From positions 1-53,450 of the IMG/VR virus record IMGVR_UViG_3300036851_000134: a stretch of DNA of 53,450 bases; one strand, written 5' to 3'. Shown here in pieces: positions 28,389 through 34,583 of this stretch (position 1 is its first letter; the number at the start of each line of letters is the position of its first letter). The position numbers and the translations under genes were made by a program. The notes under the pieces are model-generated. The model searched no databases and was not told the DNA's origin. It saw only the letters and a list, made by a program, of their open reading frames with translations. Origin of the DNA: a virus (taxonomy: Duplodnaviria > Caudoviricetes).

Positions 28389-28708
28389 GATCTTGGTCCC
28401 ACCATGATCGATAGCGGCTCTGGGATCGGTGGGTTTGGTGGCAGAGGTCACCACAGGTGCAAGCAGCCTTGATGGAAGTTGACGTATTGCGACTTGCGCG
28501 GGTGCAGTTGCATCACGACATCTTCCGGCTCCCAAAACAAGTCTTTGACCCAGCACATAACGCTCCATTTCGGCGGGCGTTTGTCCTGCTCAACGGATAC
28601 GGAGACGTGCTGCCACTTGAAACGAGCGTCCACGTTGTCTATTCCGTCGGAGGCGATGCACCGAAGTATTGCGCCGTCCTTCGGTAGCCGAAACAAGCCG
28701 TTGAATGT
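28385..28708 (-). pseudogene. Conserved phage protein (W.HVSVS...P.W..MC.VKD.FW...Q.HP...CLHLW family) with an in-frame TGA and no clear start
   Basis: The frame continues past TGA 28448-28450 as PLPPNPPIPEPLSIMVG, the usual C-terminus of this family. The 5' end abuts the stop of the upstream gene. Confidence 0.55.
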
Positions 28709-28918
28709 TCATCGCACAGGCTGGAATTTCGGCGTCACTTCCGATGCCGACTTGGTTAACGGCGGCCACTTCGCGTCTTTGACATGGTTTACCCAAAGGA
28801 TGTGGCATCGGCGCTCAAACGGGCGGTATTGTGCACACGGAACTTTTTCTCCATCTTCCTCCGCCAAAAGCCCGAGCCATGGCACTGAATGTTTCATGTT
28901 GTTTTCGTCGGTTGTCAT
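28709..28918 (-). CDS. Hypothetical protein (69 aa)
   Basis: AAGGAG RBS and ATGA coupling. Confidence 0.5.
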   Translation of the reverse strand: MTTDENNMKHSVPWLGLLAEEDGEKVPCAQYRPFERRCHILWVNHVKDAKWPPLTKSASEVTPKFQPVR

Positions 28919-29133
28919 GGTGTCAACTCCTTGTTCGGCGATTTCCATTCGCCGCGAGTATCGGCAATCCGAACTTTGCCGGTTTTCGTGATGTAGATTT
29001 GAATCGCGCTGCCTCCTTTGTGCTTTGGCGTTTCCAGCAGTAACGTCACCCATCCCTTCTTCGCATCCGAGAAGCAGCGCGCGACTTTCGCCGCGCCCCA
29101 GTCAAAGCCGTATTTTGTTTCCTGGTAGTGCAT
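28915..29133 (-). CDS. Hypothetical protein (72 aa)
   Basis: ET.YGFDWG...QIYITKTGKVRI; fits the operon. Confidence 0.6.
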   Translation of the reverse strand: MHYQETKYGFDWGAAKVARCFSDAKKGWVTLLLETPKHKGGSAIQIYITKTGKVRIADTRGEWKSPNKELTP

Positions 29134-29136
29134 TCG

Positions 29137-29997
29137 CTACTTTCGTTCGCAGCTCTTTGCGCGCGTAGCCTTTATGTTTTCCGGCACGCACGTGTCGAAC
29201 GTGAATTTGCTCAAGACGCCCGTTGCTTTGCAAACCGTGCAGGTTTTGCGCATAACGCCTTGGCAATAAGGACATACCGCATACGGCACAGCACGCTTCA
29301 GGTTGGACCAAAGATTGTCCAGATCCGAAAACGCCGCGTTGAAGTTCACTTCCCGAAACAACGCATCCTTCGTTTCTTGCGCATCTCGCAACCCAGATCG
29401 CAATTGGGTGATAGTTCCCAGAAAATGGCGGTTAAACTCCTCCGTTCGATCGAAGTGCGAGATCAGGTCATCCGGGATCTTGAACCCGGTCTTGTCCCGG
29501 CGCACCGGCGCGGTTTTTGCCGAAATCGCCTTTGCAGCCTGTGTTATCCTGCTTGCCGTTAACGGTTTGCCGTTTTTTGTTGCCTCGGAAATGACGGTTT
29601 CGCGTTTATCTTCAGGAACTTGGTGTAACGCACGCGATTGTCGTTCGTTTCTAATATGGGAACCATGGTTCCCATCGGAAATGCCCTCGAAACATTGGGG
29701 TTTTTGCCCGTTTTGAAATTTCGACCCTTGGGAACCATTCTCTGGGTCGAGTGTTTGCATTAGATCAACTGATTGAATTAGCTGATTTACGCGTCTGGCT
29801 GTGCAGTTCAAGACGGTTGTGCAAAATGCTTCGAATGTCCCAAACTCCTCCCGATACAACCGTTGATCCCGGATTTCCTTCAGCGCCGGTTCCGCAACCG
29901 TGGACCTGGAAATGAAATCGATGACTATCGATTTATTGTGTTGGTAGCGAACTCTTTCATCGTCCGTGAGCGGAGTAACGAGTGTGGTATCTGACAT
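29137..29997 (-). CDS. DNA-binding protein (helical/HTH N-terminus, C-terminal Zn finger)
   Basis: ALKEIRD.RLYRE.FGTFE.FC....R..QLI and NERQ.RAL motifs of a common phage DNA-binding family; CPYC.G...CTVC..TG. Confidence 0.65.
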   Translation of the reverse strand: MSDTTLVTPLTDDERVRYQHNKSIVIDFISRSTVAEPALKEIRDQRLYREEFGTFEAFCTTVLNCTARRVNQLIQSVDLMQTLDPENGSQGSKFQNGQKPQCFEGISDGNHGSHIRNERQSRALHQVPEDKRETVISEATKNGKPLTASRITQAAKAISAKTAPVRRDKTGFKIPDDLISHFDRTEEFNRHFLGTITQLRSGLRDAQETKDALFREVNFNAAFSDLDNLWSNLKRAVPYAVCPYCQGVMRKTCTVCKATGVLSKFTFDTCVPENIKATRAKSCERK

Positions 29998-30136
29998 GAG
30001 TGGTCCGTGGTTGTTGCCCACTAATCGCAGCGGTTCGCACAGGCCAACACACGGTCGCACGAGTGGCGTGCGAATGGAGGGACCTACCGCTGCGATGAGT
30101 GAGCAAATTCAACATAGTTGGCCGTGCGTTCGTTTT

Positions 30137-30165
30137 CCGATACCAAATCCGCAAAACCCTGTCAA
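30137..30165 (-). promoter_or_regulatory. Sigma70-type promoter upstream of a structured leader
   Basis: TTGACA-N17-TATCGG with an extended TG. Confidence 0.45.
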
Positions 30166-30280
30166 CGTTTTTACGGTTTCCCTGATTCTTTTTTCAGGTT
30201 GCCGGTTCCGTGGTTATCGCCCGCTGCGTTCCGGCTGCGCGTAGAGGAAAGGACGTATGAGGGCCTCGGGCTTTCCGCAC

Positions 30281-30499
30281 TCACGGCTTACGGATGTGTT
30301 GATCTTTGGCTGTCCACGCGTAAAGCGCCGACTCAAGCCTGGCATCGTAAAGTTTGCGGTTGTACAATTCGCGCGCGGCACCTTCGCCCAGCAGCGTCAT
30401 TCTTCGCAGTTCTTCATCTGTTGTGTTGCCGATATTTGGTCGTTGCCCATGTTTCGCCACAAACCACGTCCGGAATTCAGAGCGTTGTTTTTTCATCAC
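30281..30499 (-). CDS. Hypothetical protein
   Basis: F..WF..KHG.RP motif; plausible composition. Confidence 0.5.
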   Translation of the reverse strand: MMKKQRSEFRTWFVAKHGQRPNIGNTTDEELRRMTLLGEGAARELYNRKLYDARLESALYAWTAKDQHIRKP

Positions 30500-30625
30500 G
30501 GTTTGCGATCAGATGTCAACCAGCGGGTTTACTCTATTCTCCCAGTCACGGGGTCCGGGTCGCCGATGGTTCCGTTGCATCATGCGCGAGTAACGCTCCG
30601 CTGACTGACAAATTCGTGGTCATTG

Positions 30626-30931
30626 TCAACACACCCTCCACAGCATGGATATCGTATCCATTAAGCACAGGTTCTTGGGTTCAACGTAAAACACGCGCCA
30701 GCCAAGCGACGTTGCGGCATTGTGCTTTTCCATGTCGCGTCGTTGCCCTGCTCCGCGCGAGTGCGCGCCTTGGCTCCAGATGCCGCCCTGCACTTCGATG
30801 GCGATTTTTGATTGCGGCCAAGCAATGTCGAAGCGCCATTTGCGAGTTGTGTGAAACCGATATTCGAACTCGGGTTTTCCGAGGCCGTGTTGTTCGAAGA
30901 ACGCTGCAACGATTCGTGGATTGTATTTCAT
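30626..30931 (-). CDS. PD-(D/E)xK endonuclease (Vsr/DUF559-like)
   Basis: EYRFH..RKWRFDIAWP..KIAIEVQGG.W..G.H......D.EK.N.A..LGW. Confidence 0.85.
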   Translation of the reverse strand: MKYNPRIVAAFFEQHGLGKPEFEYRFHTTRKWRFDIAWPQSKIAIEVQGGIWSQGAHSRGAGQRRDMEKHNAATSLGWRVFYVEPKNLCLMDTISMLWRVC

Positions 30932-31010
30932 ACGCGCCTGTGCTGTGACGTGATTCCGTCAGAATTTCAGCGTTGCGTCAAGCAAAACTTTCTGGCATCG
31001 TCCGTTTTCG

Positions 31011-32834
31011 TTGAAAAATCATCTTTACGGTATTCGGTGCAACACGGATCTCACGCCGCAAGAGCTTGAATTTGCTGCGTTTCTCTATGATCCGCCGGAA
31101 GGGCTCGGGAAATTTGAGCACATGCGACGCGCAATGACGTTGACGTGGCCGGCGTTGCAATGGAACGAGTGGTTAACCGAACAGATCCGGTCCCTTTGCG
31201 AGCCTGAATATGCTTCGCGTTCCGGGCGCATGATTCAACGCACGGTGGTTTGGACGGGATCGGCTGCCGCGGGCAAAACATTCGCTGCGGGCGCTTTTGC
31301 CTGCGCGTGGTTCCTTGCGGGCCGTCTTGCGCCTGAGTTCGATTCGTTTGTGCGCCTGACTTCGACCACCAAAGACATGATCGGCAAGCGGGTTTGGCCG
31401 GTTATTCGCAAATTCTACACGGAAGCCTGTGATGTGCGCGGTATTCCAAACAGCATGGGTTGTCATATGGTTGACAGCCGCAAGATGCTTCAGCACAAAA
31501 AAGGTGATGAGAAATTTTCCATTGCAGCGTTGGCGGTAAAAGACGGCGAAACTCAAAAAGCCGTTGAAAATCTGAAGGGCCAGCACGCCAGCCGCATCCT
31601 TCTGATCATAGACGAAGCGAACCTGACGCCGACCGCCATCTTCGAGGCCATCAACAACATGAAAGAAGGTTGTCTGGACCTGACTGTCCTGATCATTGGC
31701 AATGCTGAATCCAAGCTGGACAATCATGGGCGCGCTTCTGAACCGTTGAAAGGTTGGAACAGCGTCAGTGTATCCTCGGAGCGTTGGCGAACAAAAGGCG
31801 TGAAAGAATGGGGATTGGCTCCCGGGATTTGCCTGCATTTCGATGCGTTTGAATCGCCCAACGTTAAAGCGGCAAAGACGATCTTTCCGTTCCTTTACAC
31901 TTACGAAAGTTACCTTGAAAAGGTCAACGATGACGCTGCGAAAAGTCACAAGTTTTGGTCGCAAACACGCGGCTTTTGGCCACCGGAAGGATTGACCAAC
32001 ACAGTTTTCTCCGAAACGATGATCAGCAAATACGATCTGACAGGTCGTATGCTGTTCCTTGGTGACAGGATCGAGATTGCTTCGTTGGACACGGCTTTTG
32101 GCGGGGACGATTGCGTATTGCAATTTGCCGCGCTCGGAGATGTCGGCGGTGGGTTCGGGATTGAATGTCGCGCGCCCATCGTCATTCAACCAAATGCAAC
32201 CAGTGCGCACGAGATCGACTTTCAGATCGCGCGCCGGGTCATTGAAGAATGCAAGCGGCGCGGGGTGAAACCTGAACATTTGGCCGTTGACGCGACAGGA
32301 ACCGGACGCGGTGTTGCGGCGATCATTGCAGGCGAATGGGGGCAGGTGCATCGCGTTGAATACGGCGGTGCGCCCAGCAAAATGCCAAGCGGCCAAGCGG
32401 ACATGCGCCCGTCCGTTGAGGTGTATGACCGGCGTGTGACCGAGCTTTGGTTCAGCGCCCGCGAGTTTGCTGTGGGCGGTCAATTGCGCGGACTTTCGCA
32501 ACAGGCTTGCACGGAGTTTTGCAATCGCAAGTTCGATTTCAAAGGGCGCAAGTATTCGATTGAAACCAAGGAAGATTACAAGGATCGACATGGGCGCTCA
32601 CCGGACTACGCCGACAGCGTGGTCGGGCTTGTGGATCTCGCCCGCAGTCTCGGGCACGTTGCCGGGACGGTGTACAATCTCGCAGGCGCGCGTGAAGCGC
32701 AGGAAACGGCTCGTGAAGCGGATAAAGTCTACGATGACTCGCATTTGAACAGCGACCAAGGCGCAGAGGAAATGCTTGCGGAAGAAGGGATGCTTACTTC
32801 AGGAAATCAGCTTGACAACAGTTCGTTCTTTTGA
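31011..32834 (+). CDS. terL: Terminase large subunit
   Basis: Walker A GSAAAGKT, Walker B LLIIDEA, coupling motif IGN, nuclease motifs LDTAFGGDD, VD.TG.G and SPDYADS. Confidence 0.93.
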   Translation: MKNHLYGIRCNTDLTPQELEFAAFLYDPPEGLGKFEHMRRAMTLTWPALQWNEWLTEQIRSLCEPEYASRSGRMIQRTVVWTGSAAAGKTFAAGAFACAWFLAGRLAPEFDSFVRLTSTTKDMIGKRVWPVIRKFYTEACDVRGIPNSMGCHMVDSRKMLQHKKGDEKFSIAALAVKDGETQKAVENLKGQHASRILLIIDEANLTPTAIFEAINNMKEGCLDLTVLIIGNAESKLDNHGRASEPLKGWNSVSVSSERWRTKGVKEWGLAPGICLHFDAFESPNVKAAKTIFPFLYTYESYLEKVNDDAAKSHKFWSQTRGFWPPEGLTNTVFSETMISKYDLTGRMLFLGDRIEIASLDTAFGGDDCVLQFAALGDVGGGFGIECRAPIVIQPNATSAHEIDFQIARRVIEECKRRGVKPEHLAVDATGTGRGVAAIIAGEWGQVHRVEYGGAPSKMPSGQADMRPSVEVYDRRVTELWFSAREFAVGGQLRGLSQQACTEFCNRKFDFKGRKYSIETKEDYKDRHGRSPDYADSVVGLVDLARSLGHVAGTVYNLAGAREAQETAREADKVYDDSHLNSDQGAEEMLAEEGMLTSGNQLDNSSFF

Positions 32835-32963
32835 AGAATGAGCGCGTGACGCTTAACGTTTGGATCATCAAAAAGCTTGATGCGCATTGGGCCTGTCAGA
32901 CAGGTGAGCGTCACGTCTACCCAGTCCAACTTCTCAATGCGCATCTTTTTCACAAAACAACCT

Positions 32964-33596
32964 ATGGTCAAAGTAGCAAACAGAACCACCGCAATTGGCG
33001 GTGAATCACCCACAAACGGCGCTCGTGGCGGAATCGAAATCGGGATGCCGTATCGTGTGCAAGTGACAATTGAAGGCGTGTGCCCGATTTTGTTTCACCG
33101 CTGGAACTGCGAAAGCGTCGAGTCCAAGTCAAAAGCTAAAAAGGGCAGCGCAGAAAAGAAAACCGATGATTTGGAGAGTTACGTTTGGCGCAATGAACAA
33201 GAGGAATTGTGCATTCCCGGAGAATACCTGCGCGGTTCAATCATCGCCGCTGCAAAATTCCAGCAAGACCCTCGGTCGCCTCGGAAAAGCGCAATGGACT
33301 TGTTCAAAGCGTCGATTGTGTCATTGACGCCGTTAGCGAGTCTCGGTTGCAAAACGTGGGATTTTTTGGATAAACGACGCGTGGTCATTCAACGCAACGG
33401 CATTACTCGCGTGCGTCCTGCAATGGCTACCGGCTGGGTCGCGACGTTCGTTTTGATGGTGAACCTTCCCGAATATATCGATGCTCAGTTCTTGAACGCA
33501 ACGATTCAGAACGCCGGGAAACTGATCGGTCTTGCGGACTTTCGTCCGTCGTACGGCCGCTTTAACGTGACGGCGTTCGAAGTTTTGGACGATTGA
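32964..33596 (+). CDS. Stand-alone Cas7/RAMP-like RNA-binding protein (210 aa)
   Basis: N-terminal beta strand VTIEGVCPILFH; CIPGEYLRGSIIAAAK resembling the Csm3/Cas7 hIPGSSLKG.hR motif; C-terminal Gly-rich loop AGKLIGLADFRPSYGRF. No other cas genes present. Confidence 0.75.
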   Translation: MVKVANRTTAIGGESPTNGARGGIEIGMPYRVQVTIEGVCPILFHRWNCESVESKSKAKKGSAEKKTDDLESYVWRNEQEELCIPGEYLRGSIIAAAKFQQDPRSPRKSAMDLFKASIVSLTPLASLGCKTWDFLDKRRVVIQRNGITRVRPAMATGWVATFVLMVNLPEYIDAQFLNATIQNAGKLIGLADFRPSYGRFNVTAFEVLDD

Positions 33597-33600
33597 TTTG

Positions 33601-34004
33601 GGTGCGGTTGTGTGATGTAGGGCACGGCAGGTTGTGGTTAGGTTCGGGCGGGTGAGGGTTGGAAAGGATAGCCGATGTGTGCCGAGATGTGTTTTGCTGA
33701 GGATCGGCCTGGTGTGGTGGGGCAATGTACGGTTAGGTGGGGCCCGGTATGGACGGGTTTGGTTCGGTAGGGTCGGTTTAGGCAGGGTGTGGCGGGGAAA
33801 TGTATGGTTTGGTGTGATTTGGTAGGGTCCGGGCCGAAAGGCCGGTATGGTCAGGTGCGGTGTGGCATTGCGATGCGCGGCAGGGGTAGGTCTGGTCGGG
33901 CCTGGTGCGTTGCGGTGATGTGAGATTTGGTAATCCGAGTTATGGCAGGGGTGGGCACGCTCTGGTAGCGGCGGGGTGGGGTTGTCTACGGTTTGGTATG
34001 GCCG
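33601..34004 (+). ncRNA. Phased (GGY-NN)n pentamer array, putative guide RNA for the upstream RAMP protein
   Basis: 46 in-phase pentamers (33601-33830), a GGCC-GAAA-GGCC hairpin (33832-33843), 25 more (33844-33968), a 1-nt slip, then 7 more (33970-34004). By my count 47 of 78 begin exactly GGY and most others differ by one base. Confidence 0.8.
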
Positions 34005-34008
34005 TTTC

Positions 34009-34045
34009 CCGCGTTGCAGGTTCAATCTTGCAACGCGGCTTTTTT
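34009..34045 (+). terminator. Intrinsic terminator closing the RAMP + array transcript
   Basis: CCGCGTTGCAGG-TTCAAT-CTTGCAACGCGG followed by CTTTTTT. Confidence 0.85.
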
Positions 34046-34064
34046 GTTGGTAAAGAGGGGTTTG

Positions 34065-34580
34065 GTGGCTTTAACTTTTAGAGATATTTCGTGGACACCG
34101 CCGCAAGGTTGGACGTTTATCGATCCGCACACTCAGCATCAACATCGTGCGTCCAGTTTCCAGCAGTTGCTTGACAATATCCGGCGGTATCGGCGCATGA
34201 ACAATCTGCCTACGGAAGCGTCGATGGAACAACAGGTGATCGATGCCATTTGCGCTCGGATACCAACGCAATGCCGGGAAGCACACGCACCGTCGTTGAC
34301 GCAACTTGCTCAAACGTTTGCCGGATCGATGGTGGCGTGGGTGAAGCAAGGCGCGCCGGTTTTGACTTGGGAACAGATGATGTCGCGTCGTGACGTTTGC
34401 ACCGGCAGCGTCGAGAAAGGTACGTCTGCTTGTCCGCAATGGCACGGTGATGCCGGGTTTCACATGGGCCGCTGCGGGCAATGCGGTTGTTTGTCGCTCA
34501 AGCTTTTTCTTGCTACGGAGAAATGTCCGTTGGGCAAGTGGGATGAAGTGAAAGATGAAACTAAACTTTTCAAAGGTTGA
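34065..34580 (+). CDS. Cys-rich hypothetical protein
   Basis: GTG start after AGAGGGG; C-terminal RC..CGC...K......CPLGKW motif common in phages. Confidence 0.65.
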   Translation: MALTFRDISWTPPQGWTFIDPHTQHQHRASSFQQLLDNIRRYRRMNNLPTEASMEQQVIDAICARIPTQCREAHAPSLTQLAQTFAGSMVAWVKQGAPVLTWEQMMSRRDVCTGSVEKGTSACPQWHGDAGFHMGRCGQCGCLSLKLFLATEKCPLGKWDEVKDETKLFKG

Positions 34581-34583
34581 TCT

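Noticed and set aside
28385-28409. Eighth copy of the DHGGHRP junction repeat (minus strand GATCATGGTGGGACCAAGATCATGA)
   Set aside because: The similarity is partial and the sequence is explained by the SIMVGP C-terminus of the overlapping gene.
31173-32591. Long antisense ORFs (also 35697-36755, 49125-50075, 51783-53231)
   Set aside because: They are shadow frames opposite terL, portal, scaffold and capsid, with no recognisable motifs.
33601-34004. Canonical CRISPR array, simple microsatellite or G-quadruplex tract
   Set aside because: There are no 25-40-nt repeats with spacers. Units are not identical and variation concentrates at positions 4-5, unlike slippage repeats. G4 folding is possible but does not explain the phasing or the linked gene and terminator.
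33333-34025. ORFs over the pentamer array (33333-34025 minus, Pro/Thr/His-rich; 33634-33825 plus, Gly/Val/Arg/Trp-rich)
   Set aside because: They are translation by-products of a 5-nt-period repeat. They lack an RBS, and the minus ORF overlaps the RAMP gene antisense.
34009-34038. tRNA fragment or attP (GCAGGTTCAATCTTGC resembles a T-arm)
   Set aside because: The loop is 6 nt, there is no D or anticodon arm, no integrase is seen, and a U tract follows, so it fits a terminator.
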